This document shows positions 7,944 to 17,574 of a DNA stretch of 64,000 nucleotides, one piece after another. The stretch is from a virus (lineage: Duplodnaviria; Caudoviricetes). The notes under the pieces are model-generated. The model was given only the letters and a program-made list of their open reading frames with translations. It did not search any database and had not been told where the DNA came from. Where the stretch lies: positions 1 to 64,000 of the IMG/VR virus record IMGVR_UViG_3300033121_002356. One strand, given 5' to 3'. A program made the position numbers and the translations under genes. Within the stretch, counting starts at the first letter, position 1. Every line of letters begins with the position of its first letter.

Positions 7944-9392
7944 TTAGAATGTATATTTAACTACATTAGTTCGTTCACTAACATTTCTTTGTTTCTCTCT
8001 ACATAGCCCCGCAATCATAAAATAAACAGTTTCTCCTTTTGAAGGCTTCCACCCAACAAGAGGGCCCTGTTTTATAGTGGGGTCATCAATTTCAAATCTA
8101 CCCTTTTCCTTCTGGCCAGGGCGGAGCCACGTAAAGGAGGCCCCATACCATTTTCCATTTTTCTTTACTATAACAACAGGGTTTCCTATAGTCAACGCCC
8201 CATCACCAAACATTTTTATAGCGGGCCAAGAAGGGATATCCCAATCAAATTTTATCATTCCAGAGCCATCGCCTTCTGTTCCTGTAATTGTAACGCCTCT
8301 TAACTTAGCAGTCTCTGGCCAAGCCCCTATATCCAGCTTATCATAAGTAAATTCTACATCTTGAATATTAAACTCAGACGCATCTGAAGGCGGAGTAGTA
8401 GCTACCCCACTACCAAACACAGACGAAAGCTTGCTTTTTATAGCCTCAGCCACCCGCTGTTGACCAGCATTAATCAAATGAATACCATCTGTATGAAAGA
8501 TATTTTTATCGTTTTCCCACTCAATTGAAGGGTCTACCAATATTACATTATGCTCTCTAGCAAGTCTTTCTAGCTCCGCATTAGCTGCTAATATTCCTGG
8601 GCGCCTTTCCATCCGCCGCTCTAACTGAATTTTAACCAACACGGGAGTAATATTCTTAGCTTTTAGCATATTTATGCAATCACTATATGCTTGAAAAAAC
8701 TTTTCTCTGCTACTCTGTACAGGGTTTTGCATATAAGAATGACAATCATTTAAACCATAACGACAAATAGCAAAATCAGCGTCATTAATTCTTTGTAGGG
8801 CCTCTTTTACTTGTGTTCCCCCGTCATGGTCCATATGCGCTGGATGGACAGGAGTGGCTCCTTGGGCGCAGTTCTCTGTTAAAATATCTCCACAATTTAA
8901 TATAGAAGCTAATTTTAAATCACCCCGTAAATAGTCTGTCACATCCGTGGTTCTCCAGCTAAGAGTCTCACCCTTCGGGGACGAGTCAGAGTCTCCAAAT
9001 AGAAGTATTTTTCTGCTATTTTTAAATGGCAATATATGGGTGTTCCCAACTAAAGGGCCTCCTATTCTAACTGTTTGCTCTTTTACCCCATCCGTAACAA
9101 CAAATGGCCATGCCCATTCTTTTTTACCACCATGATGAATATGTAGAGCATACTCACCAGGCTCTACCCCTCCGGGTAAATCAAAAAATCCTGGGATTTT
9201 TCCGGGTATAGCGTCACAATTTAATCCGATAAATACGTATCTTCCAACGCCTGGGCCAACAATGGTTTTTGTATCCTCACTAATTACTGCAAAATGCCCT
9301 TTACTTATATCTTTCAAATAAAAGTAAACCTTCCCAAGAACTGGAACATTATTTTTATCCACTATGACTCCATGTGCCCTAACCTTGCTCAT
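7944..9392 (-). CDS. multidomain SGNH/GDSL esterase
   Basis: Block I LFGDS, block III YGLND, block V DGIH, flanked by beta-rich N- and C-terminal domains. Start at MSKV has SD AGAGGA. Confidence 0.8.
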   Translation of the reverse strand: MSKVRAHGVIVDKNNVPVLGKVYFYLKDISKGHFAVISEDTKTIVGPGVGRYVFIGLNCDAIPGKIPGFFDLPGGVEPGEYALHIHHGGKKEWAWPFVVTDGVKEQTVRIGGPLVGNTHILPFKNSRKILLFGDSDSSPKGETLSWRTTDVTDYLRGDLKLASILNCGDILTENCAQGATPVHPAHMDHDGGTQVKEALQRINDADFAICRYGLNDCHSYMQNPVQSSREKFFQAYSDCINMLKAKNITPVLVKIQLERRMERRPGILAANAELERLAREHNVILVDPSIEWENDKNIFHTDGIHLINAGQQRVAEAIKSKLSSVFGSGVATTPPSDASEFNIQDVEFTYDKLDIGAWPETAKLRGVTITGTEGDGSGMIKFDWDIPSWPAIKMFGDGALTIGNPVVIVKKNGKWYGASFTWLRPGQKEKGRFEIDDPTIKQGPLVGWKPSKGETVYFMIAGLCREKQRNVSERTNVVKYTF

Positions 9393-9413
9393 AAAAAATC
9401 CTCTTTTACTAAT

Positions 9414-9430
9414 CCCACCTATCAGGTGGG
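9414..9430. promoter_or_regulatory. GC-rich intergenic hairpin
   Basis: Perfect 7-bp inverted repeat CCCACCT-atc-AGGTGGG just upstream of the SGNH gene SD; function unknown. Confidence 0.45.
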
Positions 9431-9485
9431 GGATGTGGGGGTAATTCATTACGATATAAGTACTCTGTGCAGGAATTGCACCATT

Positions 9486-9812
9486 TTAATGGGTATCTCC
9501 CATCTTTCCTATAGGACCAGATTTAAAGCTTCTAGTATCGAGTAAAGCAAAACCGGGTGCTTCCCATGCTATAAACCCATCAACGCTATAATATACTTCA
9601 TCAACTCTTCTAGGGCAACCATATTTATCTATAATCCAATATTGACCGTACGGATTTCTATAAACATCTCCTTCTTTGGTAGCTGAGAGCATACGTCTTC
9701 CTACGTAATTTATCTCATACAAACTCAAACCCCCAATACGTACACCAACGGGTCTATCAAATACCTTACGAAACCACGTCTCAATTTTTCCCGGCCTTCT
9801 AAATTTCTTCAT
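9486..9812 (-). CDS. hypothetical protein (108 aa)
   Basis: ORF with purine-rich upstream sequence; no motif. Confidence 0.55.
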   Translation of the reverse strand: MKKFRRPGKIETWFRKVFDRPVGVRIGGLSLYEINYVGRRMLSATKEGDVYRNPYGQYWIIDKYGCPRRVDEVYYSVDGFIAWEAPGFALLDTRSFKSGPIGKMGDTH

Positions 9813-9832
9813 GTTAATGCCCTTTCCTTGTT

Positions 9833-10699
9833 TTATCCTTTATATGGGGTCTTATAAAGATTTGTCCATTGAGTAGCAGTTGGTCTAGGTGCGCCGCTTG
9901 TAAGGTTCAGCCCCATAGTATCGAAAGGAGGCTCGACCCCTGTCATATCAAACGGAGAATAATAATTGACAAATATGGTCGTGGCAGGGAGTACAGAGAC
10001 AAATTTATTCATAAAATTAGTATAATCAGACTTCGTTGAAGGCCACGATACTTCTGTAATAGCGAATCCCTTAGAATAAGTCTTAACAAAATCAAAATAA
10101 TTTGACGGTATTTGTGATACAGCTGTATACTTAATAAATGGATAAACTGTATATGCAATAATATCTACATCTGTAAGACTTGCAACAATAGTGGCCTTAT
10201 CTGGATTATTCATTAAATGTTCAAATTGAAGTACTGTACAAGTCTTTACAGGCTTTACTGCTTTTACTTCTCGAACTACCTTGTTAATAGACGGAATAAG
10301 AGAGGTAAATCCGGGCAAATCATTAATCTCGTTACCAACACAAAGATATTCAAGATTAATGCTTCCGATTTGATTTACCAAATTAGTAGCAAATGCAGAC
10401 GCTGTTTCCGGGGTAAGCCCCTCAGTACCAACTACAAGCCCTAACTTCTTTGCTTGCGACGACATAAAAGGGAGGGAACTCTCCAAACCAGCTATACTAG
10501 TATGATGAGAATAATAGTCAGAATTCGCGTTAACGAATGACCAGAACGCAGTATTATTTTCCGCAGTTACATTAGTACAGAGGTTCCCAGAACCAGGAGG
10601 ACAAAATCCCGCAAGCCCCAACTTTACTGTTCTTGTCTGATTACAAGTCAGACCAGCAGTTGCAAAGAACAGCATTAATACTAGTAAAAATTTCTTCAT
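9833..10699 (-). CDS. secreted clan GH-A-like glycoside hydrolase
   Basis: Signal peptide MKKFLLVLMLFFATA; acid/base motif VGNEIN; nucleophile motif ITEVSWPS. Confidence 0.7.
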   Translation of the reverse strand: MKKFLLVLMLFFATAGLTCNQTRTVKLGLAGFCPPGSGNLCTNVTAENNTAFWSFVNANSDYYSHHTSIAGLESSLPFMSSQAKKLGLVVGTEGLTPETASAFATNLVNQIGSINLEYLCVGNEINDLPGFTSLIPSINKVVREVKAVKPVKTCTVLQFEHLMNNPDKATIVASLTDVDIIAYTVYPFIKYTAVSQIPSNYFDFVKTYSKGFAITEVSWPSTKSDYTNFMNKFVSVLPATTIFVNYYSPFDMTGVEPPFDTMGLNLTSGAPRPTATQWTNLYKTPYKG

Positions 10700-10718
10700 T
10701 TACATAACCCCCTTTAAT

Positions 10719-10985
10719 TTAGGATGCTTCTCTAAATTTAACACTTAGTTCTTTTTCCAAAAGTGGCTGAACCTTTGTAACAAAACACCCTTCACATAAA
10801 TCAATTAATTCCGTTCTCCAGTCGTCATAACTGTAGAAATATCTAACACTACATTCAACAACAGCGCTAGACGCATTACCATCTGTACTAGATTTTTCTG
10901 TTATTTCATTTCCGCATATATCACAATAACAAGTGGAGACCCTACTAGTTGTAGCAGGAATATCAATAACCTTTTCCTTTTTCAT
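10719..10985 (-). CDS. small Zn-ribbon protein
   Basis: CDICG ... DLCEGC. Confidence 0.6.
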   Translation of the reverse strand: MKKEKVIDIPATTSRVSTCYCDICGNEITEKSSTDGNASSAVVECSVRYFYSYDDWRTELIDLCEGCFVTKVQPLLEKELSVKFREAS

Positions 10986-10997
10986 TTTAAATCCTTT

Positions 10998-11444
10998 TTA
11001 TTCTACGCTGGCTAGTGCAACCTTTAAACTAATGCAACATTCGTAGTGGCTATTAATAGTTTGCTCTTTAAACTTTGTCTCTCTTGGAATAAAAAACATA
11101 ACTCTATTTTGAGACTCAGCTTTTTCTGTAGCTTTTATAATTCTTTCCATACTAGATTCTATGTGCTTTATAATTTCTTCTAAAGCTCTCCTCTGTGCTG
11201 GATTAAATTTAGACTTATCTTCTACTTCTTCTAACTTCACTATTGATACAGATTTAACTTCAAAAGGAGGAACCCAGCAAACCCCATCCTTGTCTTCAAT
11301 GTAAGGAAACATCCCAATAGAAAGAGGAACAAATTTAAATCCATATTTTTTACATAAAATCATTGCTTCACATGTAAAACTACAATTAATATCCTCTGTA
11401 CTAAGAAAATCTCCATCAACATAATTCAACATAGTTTTTATCAT
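10998..11444 (-). CDS. hypothetical protein (148 aa)
   Basis: ORF with SD AAAGGA. Confidence 0.55.
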   Translation of the reverse strand: MIKTMLNYVDGDFLSTEDINCSFTCEAMILCKKYGFKFVPLSIGMFPYIEDKDGVCWVPPFEVKSVSIVKLEEVEDKSKFNPAQRRALEEIIKHIESSMERIIKATEKAESQNRVMFFIPRETKFKEQTINSHYECCISLKVALASVE

Positions 11445-11462
11445 TATATATCCTTTCTAAAT

Positions 11463-11819
11463 TCAAATCAAATAAGGCTTAGCATACCCATTTGAAACCA
11501 ACCAAGAATTAATAGTAGGAAACAAAGTAATATCTATCTTAGGGTCAACTCCCTCGGAAGAAATATTAGCTAAGTATCTTCCATATTTCTCTTTTTCATC
11601 CTTAATTGTATTAATAATGATTGGCTTGTTTAACACAAGACCAATTAATATGTCTCTAGCTTTTATACCTTCACCAGAAGAATCCCCTAATTCAGGGGCA
11701 TTAATACCATACAATCTTAATTTCTGTTTTCTAAAAATTAAGCCGAACCCCATGTCTATATCTACAGTGATAGTATCCCCGTCATGAACATCCACCACAG
11801 TTGCTGTATATATGTACAT
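11463..11819 (-). CDS. thermonuclease (SNase-like)
   Basis: VVDVHDGDTI, RLYGINAPE, KYGRYLA, LVSNGYA; start moved to MYIY (11819), just after the RNR stop. Confidence 0.9.
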   Translation of the reverse strand: MYIYTATVVDVHDGDTITVDIDMGFGLIFRKQKLRLYGINAPELGDSSGEGIKARDILIGLVLNKPIIINTIKDEKEKYGRYLANISSEGVDPKIDITLFPTINSWLVSNGYAKPYLI

Positions 11820-11821
11820 AT

Positions 11822-14800
11822 TTATCCTAATGTACAAACACCAGAAGGGCAATCCTGTGTTTCCTGTTCGATTGATGTTCCTGTAATTCCTCTACGTTCT
11901 TTCACAACTTTAATAGCCTCGTCGATATGAAGAGGCTGAATAGGGCTTTCCCCTCTAGAGCCTACTGGATAAATGGTTACACCTTTTAAATGGGGCATAA
12001 ACTCCATTAAATCCTCCGAGAAGCGCTTCTTACTGTAGTTTTTAGGAATAGCTATTGTTTTACTTATAGCGTTATCAATGTGCTCTTGTAAAGCTACCTG
12101 CATTTTAAAATGGTCCCGGGGGTCAATTTCCTCAGAATATTCAAAATGACTGACATCTTTACCTTCTGTAACAAACTGCTCGAACAGAGGATGAATAACA
12201 ATCTCCGAATGCTTTTCGTCTCCTACCCACCACATGCGTTTATAGGCCGGGCCCATAATAGGCTCTGCACTTGAGCTTACACCCGATACAATGCTGTTAG
12301 TACCGCAAGGAGCTATTGTATTGACAGCACAGTTACGTAGACCGCGTTCGTCAATCTGATGCCGTACAGAGGGCTTTAGAGTCTTGTATGTAGTGCTTTG
12401 TTTAACTGCTTCGTGGTCGTAGAACCCATAGACGCCTCTTTCTGCTGCCAAAAACACAGACTCTTCATAAGATTTGTTTTTAACGAACTTCATAATCTTT
12501 GCTGCGACGTCTCTTCCTTCTTCGGAAGAATACTTAATGCCCATTTTTAGTAATGCATCGTGTAATCCGGTAATCCCCAATCCCAGCCGCCTTGTATTTG
12601 TGGCTTTGGCTTTAATTTCTTCTGTTGGGTAAGTAGTTACGTCTAATACATTATCAAGAAAGCGTATACCTACTGTTACAGTATCTGCAAGTAATGCCCA
12701 GTCCATCTGTCCATTATCTTTGATAAATCTCGGAAGAACTATATGTGCCAAATCGCAAACCTCATGAGGAGTCATGGCGATTTCACCGCAATTAGATATC
12801 GTAACAGTGTTACAGTCGAATCTATTAGGACCAGGTATACTACAGTCATACACTTTTTCTGTTCCAGCAAATTCTATAGATTTAATTTTTCGTACAAACT
12901 TCTCTACTTTTCTATTACTGGATTTTAGTACAGCCTCAAGTTTAGACTGCTTTCCTTGTTCTGAAAATCCCACCACTTTAGAAAACTCGACTAGATTATC
13001 CTTCGATATAGCTAGCTCATGCTGAGCCTTACAGAAATACTCCTTCAACCCTCCTTTTCCATCAGGAAGCATTCTATTTTGTGCTGGTCTTCTATTTAAA
13101 TAAAGAAGAGATAGAATACCCAATCTGCCTAGACTTCTTTGCACTCCTTTTAGATTTTCTAAATCCGAGGAAGAAAGACGAACTGTAAACCCTCGTTCAG
13201 AACTTCCTTGTACAGAACCATCAGCATCAAACAAACCACGTAGTAGTCCTTTGTAAGCTTCTGAACTAGCTTCTTTCTCAAAGGTCTCTGTAATTCTTTT
13301 GTTATTTCTTGTAATCCCGAAACCAAGTGCAAAGCGCATTAAAGGAGCACTTTGTAAGCTGAGATTCTTATTGTAGGAATTCTCAGTGGAAGACTTAGCA
13401 AATCTACCATTATAATCTCCGTAATTAGAGGTAACGTAACCAACTGCCCGCTGGTACATTTCCTCTTTTTCCTCTCCCCAATAAGTAAGCTTAGCGTAAT
13501 CTACAGACTCTTCAATGCTATTGAAAGAACCGAATGTACCATCGCCAATCAAAGAACCAAGTAACCACCCTTCTTCAAAGGAACCTTTACCAGACCACTC
13601 ACTTCCACGTTGATTCTGTAATTTAACGGTACCACCAATACCAATCTCAGAAACTGGAATCATTTTTTCTGTACCGTCTTCTAATACAGAAAGAACTTTA
13701 TGGTCGGGAGTACATTTTAATTCAACCCCATTATCAAGAGTTACCAATACTACTTCTTTCTCGCCCTTATAAAAGAACCCCTCGTCAGTTGAATCAAAGG
13801 GTTTTCCATCAACTAAAGCAGTAAACTTTTTACCAATTAGGTCTTTTACCTGTCGAGGTCCATCTGTTGTATGAATCCAACTATCATCTGTAATGCAAGG
13901 ATTGGTGCTAACAACCGGCCCGACATTAGATATATTCGAGGCTTTATTAGCAAGGTACATATTAAGAATACCAGGCTCTCCCCCAGACAAAGCATTGGAA
14001 ATAATCTTATCCCAAAGCTTATCAGCTCTCATTTCAGAAACTACATGCCCTTTCCACTTAAACTGATGCATCTCTTTATTCTTTACTTTTTCAAAGAACT
14101 TTTCTGGGTCATCATTGAACACAACAGATACATTAGCATTTCTTAGGTTCTTCTCTAAAGAAATCTTTATCATAGCTTTAAGAATATCTTTAGCAAGCTG
14201 CGGGGAATCAGGGTCACATATTTTATCTATCAAAGAAAGCACAGTGGAATCAAAAACTTGTAAATTCTTTTTAACAAAAGAAAGTACTTCATCGGAGTTA
14301 TTAAAATCTAAATTCAATTCAACGAATTTTTTATCAATAAATTCAATAATATCAGGATGGTCAATATTTAAACACTCCATGAGTGCAGAACGCCTGCCGC
14401 CGCCGCCTTTAATAACTTCACCAACGCTATTTATAAGCTCCATATAACTTACAGAACCGGTAGAAGAGCCTCCTGTACCATGTATCGGGGTACCTCTAGG
14501 ACGTATATCGCTAAAATTAATTCCAACGCCACCCCCTAGGCCGCTAATTACCAACATATCTCCTAAATTCTTTGCCCACCCTTCTCTAGAGTCTATGTTA
14601 TCGCTTCCAATTACGAAGCAATTAATAAGAGCAGCTTTCGCTCTACCTGCTCCGTACATTATTCTTCCGCCTGGAATAAACCTATTTGTAACTAATTCTT
14701 TAAAGAATCTCTCTTCCCATTCAATTCTCTTACCATTTCTCTCCGCCCCCGCGATAAAAGAAGCGATTCTACGACACGCTTCTTCCCATGTTTCCCCCGG

Positions 14801-14872
14801 ATGGCTTGCGTATCTTTGCTTAAAAATCTGCTCGCCAAACCCTGTAGGAACAAAACTAGACACTGTAGTCAT
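11822..14872 (-). CDS. nrdJ: ribonucleotide reductase, probably class II (B12-dependent), no ATP cone, intein-containing
   Basis: PGGRI, NCFV, GGGVG, GGRRSA, HPDI, GEPG, NP|CGE, RRLGLG, IAPCGT, ISKTI, KGVTIYP (no class I YY pair) and C-terminal CPSGVC; no NrdB nearby. Confidence 0.88.
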   Translation of the reverse strand: MTTVSSFVPTGFGEQIFKQRYASHPGETWEEACRRIASFIAGAERNGKRIEWEERFFKELVTNRFIPGGRIMYGAGRAKAALINCFVIGSDNIDSREGWAKNLGDMLVISGLGGGVGINFSDIRPRGTPIHGTGGSSTGSVSYMELINSVGEVIKGGGGRRSALMECLNIDHPDIIEFIDKKFVELNLDFNNSDEVLSFVKKNLQVFDSTVLSLIDKICDPDSPQLAKDILKAMIKISLEKNLRNANVSVVFNDDPEKFFEKVKNKEMHQFKWKGHVVSEMRADKLWDKIISNALSGGEPGILNMYLANKASNISNVGPVVSTNPCITDDSWIHTTDGPRQVKDLIGKKFTALVDGKPFDSTDEGFFYKGEKEVVLVTLDNGVELKCTPDHKVLSVLEDGTEKMIPVSEIGIGGTVKLQNQRGSEWSGKGSFEEGWLLGSLIGDGTFGSFNSIEESVDYAKLTYWGEEKEEMYQRAVGYVTSNYGDYNGRFAKSSTENSYNKNLSLQSAPLMRFALGFGITRNNKRITETFEKEASSEAYKGLLRGLFDADGSVQGSSERGFTVRLSSSDLENLKGVQRSLGRLGILSLLYLNRRPAQNRMLPDGKGGLKEYFCKAQHELAISKDNLVEFSKVVGFSEQGKQSKLEAVLKSSNRKVEKFVRKIKSIEFAGTEKVYDCSIPGPNRFDCNTVTISNCGEIAMTPHEVCDLAHIVLPRFIKDNGQMDWALLADTVTVGIRFLDNVLDVTTYPTEEIKAKATNTRRLGLGITGLHDALLKMGIKYSSEEGRDVAAKIMKFVKNKSYEESVFLAAERGVYGFYDHEAVKQSTTYKTLKPSVRHQIDERGLRNCAVNTIAPCGTNSIVSGVSSSAEPIMGPAYKRMWWVGDEKHSEIVIHPLFEQFVTEGKDVSHFEYSEEIDPRDHFKMQVALQEHIDNAISKTIAIPKNYSKKRFSEDLMEFMPHLKGVTIYPVGSRGESPIQPLHIDEAIKVVKERRGITGTSIEQETQDCPSGVCTLG
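12791..13897 (-). mobile_element. intein with LAGLIDADG homing endonuclease (369 aa)
   Basis: Starts CITDDSWI after NP; block B TPDH; LGSLIGDG and LRGLFDADG; block F VYDC; ends TISN before the catalytic CGE. Confidence 0.93.
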
Positions 14873-14892
14873 ATCTCTATAACCTCCACGAA

Positions 14893-15663
14893 TTATTCTG
14901 AATCTGAATTAGTACAGCTGGTTTTTTGGATAAATTTTGCGGAATTTAATTGTTTTTGGTCTTTTAACCCCTGAGCAATAGCAGCCTTAGCATAAGAACA
15001 GGCATCAACGTCATCCCCTATCTGTGAATTAATCTCAGCAATTAACAATTCTACTGTAGAATTCAAAGGGTCTTCCATTTGAAGTACCCGGGCAGAGGAC
15101 TCGGCTTTATCCAAGTATGTCTCTAGCATGTTTGGTTCTTTAATATTATTTAGTATGGCCTCTACATAAGAAGAAAGAGCATATGCTCGGACTGGAACAG
15201 AGGCAGATTTATCCACCAGAACCTTTTCATAAAAAGGTTTAGCTGATATAAATTTGTTTTCCTTAGCTAAAGAGTTAGCAAGTAATACATATACAGAAGA
15301 CCGAAACCAAGAAGGCTCCGTGTCAAGGTGGGATACTTTAACAAACTCAATAAGGTCTAAAGAAGGAGGAATTTTTCCAGTAAAATCCTGTTCAACAAGC
15401 ACCTTTATAAGAAATGCTTGCCCATAAGCCTTGGAATCTTTTGGGGATTTTTTAATAATATCGTCAGCAATGGCTAAGATATTGCTTCTCGATTCAGTCA
15501 AGGCGTCTAACGACTCGTTATTGCTACGATTATCTACGTATACACTGTAATTATCCTTTAGTCCGGAAAGTTCTGTAGATTTAGGGAAAAACACAGAACA
15601 GGACGAAAGGCACACTAACATAGATAATACAATTAGCTTACTTTTTAAATATGATTTATTCAT
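14893..15663 (-). CDS. putative lipoprotein, helical/TPR-like
   Basis: Lipobox-like LSS|C after a hydrophobic stretch; Ala-rich helical repeats. Confidence 0.55.
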   Translation of the reverse strand: MNKSYLKSKLIVLSMLVCLSSCSVFFPKSTELSGLKDNYSVYVDNRSNNESLDALTESRSNILAIADDIIKKSPKDSKAYGQAFLIKVLVEQDFTGKIPPSLDLIEFVKVSHLDTEPSWFRSSVYVLLANSLAKENKFISAKPFYEKVLVDKSASVPVRAYALSSYVEAILNNIKEPNMLETYLDKAESSARVLQMEDPLNSTVELLIAEINSQIGDDVDACSYAKAAIAQGLKDQKQLNSAKFIQKTSCTNSDSE

Positions 15664-16289
15664 TTTTTATTCCCCAAGATATTTTTCACAAGCTTAATCA
15701 AGTCGTCACGAAATTTAGTATTATTTTTGTATTCTGACGAAAATTCTGCCGATATCTCCCTTACAAAAGACTCTACGTCCGCTAAAACATCTGAATCACC
15801 TGGTTTACCCGAAATATGAGACATAGCTTCTGAAAATTCTGTAACCTTATTTACAGGTTTATTAAAATCCTCAATAATTTTATCCCATTGCCCAGCATTC
15901 ATCTCATCAAAATAAACAGTAGTTAAAATTAAATCGTCAAGAACAAGAATCTTGAATAAAACCGGGTACGCTTTCTTTAAGTACTCTAAATCATTATTAT
16001 CTATATATGTTCCTATGCTTTTTGATAGGGTATCATAGTAGAATGAGTAAAACTTTTTTAGTCTTACAGGGGAAGCGCTAGCAACAGGTTGATATATTGC
16101 ATCGATACTTCTAGAATAGGCGTCCTTGAATAGTTCATTAGTTTCGCCTAATACAGTATCTACAAAAATAGAAGTTACAACAGAAAGAACTGGACCAACC
16201 ATAGGCACATGATTTAATTGAGGAACCGCTAATTTATTAACAAGCAGTAGCCCCTTATTCAGGTAGTCTAAAACTACATCTTCTTTCAT
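15660..16289 (-). CDS. hypothetical helical protein (209 aa)
   Basis: ATGA-coupled ORF; no motif. Confidence 0.6.
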   Translation of the reverse strand: MKEDVVLDYLNKGLLLVNKLAVPQLNHVPMVGPVLSVVTSIFVDTVLGETNELFKDAYSRSIDAIYQPVASASPVRLKKFYSFYYDTLSKSIGTYIDNNDLEYLKKAYPVLFKILVLDDLILTTVYFDEMNAGQWDKIIEDFNKPVNKVTEFSEAMSHISGKPGDSDVLADVESFVREISAEFSSEYKNNTKFRDDLIKLVKNILGNKK

Positions 16290-16645
16290 TTGTTTTCCTC
16301 GTTTTTATTCACCAATGTGTTCAAGGCTAGCCGAAGGTTGTATATCTCATTTTGAGAATGTAGATATTTGAGGTCAGGCAAAGTAGGTGACGCCGTTACT
16401 GTGGCCCACTCAACTGGATTTTTACTAAAAATAGCATACATTGACCTTGCAATTTTCTCTGAAACTTCATTGGTAGATGAATAATTTATATCCTCTCTAA
16501 CTAAAACCCTTAACAAGGCTCCTTCATTACTTTTCTTGAGTACTGTGTAAAATATATAACAAGTACCCATAATCGGAGGGGGAGTTGCTGGAGCTTCTGG
16601 AACAGTGCTATCATTTGTTGTTAGAACATCTAAATCTACTGACAT
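16286..16645 (-). CDS. hypothetical protein (119 aa)
   Basis: SD AGGAG; no motif. Confidence 0.55.
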   Translation of the reverse strand: MSVDLDVLTTNDSTVPEAPATPPPIMGTCYIFYTVLKKSNEGALLRVLVREDINYSSTNEVSEKIARSMYAIFSKNPVEWATVTASPTLPDLKYLHSQNEIYNLRLALNTLVNKNEENK

Positions 16646-16646
16646 C

Positions 16647-16988
16647 TTATTCTCCTTTAATTAGATGACCACGCCCATTTGTAGGAATCTTGTACGTAGT
16701 TTCTTTTTTTTGGTGTACAGTACCACAATCATTACAAACACAATAAACAACCGGTTCTCTAGTTTCTAACTTAAAATCACCACAAGAACATGAATCTAGA
16801 TGCTCCCCAAACTCGCCAAAAGCATCTTCGTCGCACCCATTAGTTTGGTCTATCTGTTGCCACCATACTATCTTATCTTTACATTTAGGACAAATTTTTA
16901 AATCACCCCCAAACTGTTCTTCGTAACCATCCCTAATAGTTATGTGCCCATTACTGCATAAATGCCTATAATATCCTTCCCAACTCAT
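16647..16988 (-). CDS. Cys/His-rich Zn-binding protein
   Basis: CSNGH, CPKC, CSC, CNDCG. Confidence 0.6.
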   Translation of the reverse strand: MSWEGYYRHLCSNGHITIRDGYEEQFGGDLKICPKCKDKIVWWQQIDQTNGCDEDAFGEFGEHLDSCSCGDFKLETREPVVYCVCNDCGTVHQKKETTYKIPTNGRGHLIKGE

Positions 16989-17566
16989 TCTTTACCCTCT
17001 TTTATATCAAATACTTCCATACAACAATAAGAGTTTTGTATATGCTCTAGTGGAATTAATAGTCCTTGAACATCCGGATTATTCTTAGCAGCAGCGAATC
17101 CATCTTTGCCGCCAACTCGTTTGGTCTTTGTTTTCCAAATCAAATATTCCTCAGACTCACAAAACATGTTTTCTACAATCCAAGATAAAAATAAAGCTCT
17201 ATTTATGAAGTAAAGCTTTTTACCACTTACTACTACAATGGTGTCTGCTTTACAATTAAATATACATCCAGAGTTTAGACATCTTTTATTAGACCAAACC
17301 TCCACATAAAAGTTTCCTGTTTTTTTAGAAGTATCGTCTTTTTTAACCTCATATGTAATTCCATACTTCTTATAATTAGTTACTTCTTTTCCATTATTTA
17401 GCAAGGTAGTGTACATATGTCTGCCATCTAAATCCCAATAGGGGTTTTCCCCGCCGAGATTTTCAGTAACTATATTGAATTTCTTTTTAAGAAATTCTTG
17501 TACGATATCTTCCCCGTGCTTGCCTTTAATTAGGTCTGTCTGGAGTTGTGCGAAAGTGGAAGCCAT
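16985..17566 (-). CDS. PD-(D/E)XK-type endonuclease
   Basis: GKHGE, WDL, YEVKKD, TGNFYVE; start MAST with SD TAAGGA. Confidence 0.65.
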   Translation of the reverse strand: MASTFAQLQTDLIKGKHGEDIVQEFLKKKFNIVTENLGGENPYWDLDGRHMYTTLLNNGKEVTNYKKYGITYEVKKDDTSKKTGNFYVEVWSNKRCLNSGCIFNCKADTIVVVSGKKLYFINRALFLSWIVENMFCESEEYLIWKTKTKRVGGKDGFAAAKNNPDVQGLLIPLEHIQNSYCCMEVFDIKEGKE

Positions 17567-17574
17567 AAGTATCC

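Noticed and set aside
9460-9490. tRNA-like T-loop GGTGCAATTCC on the minus strand
   Set aside because: No 5-bp T-stem, anticodon arm or acceptor stem can be built, and the upstream sequence is coding.
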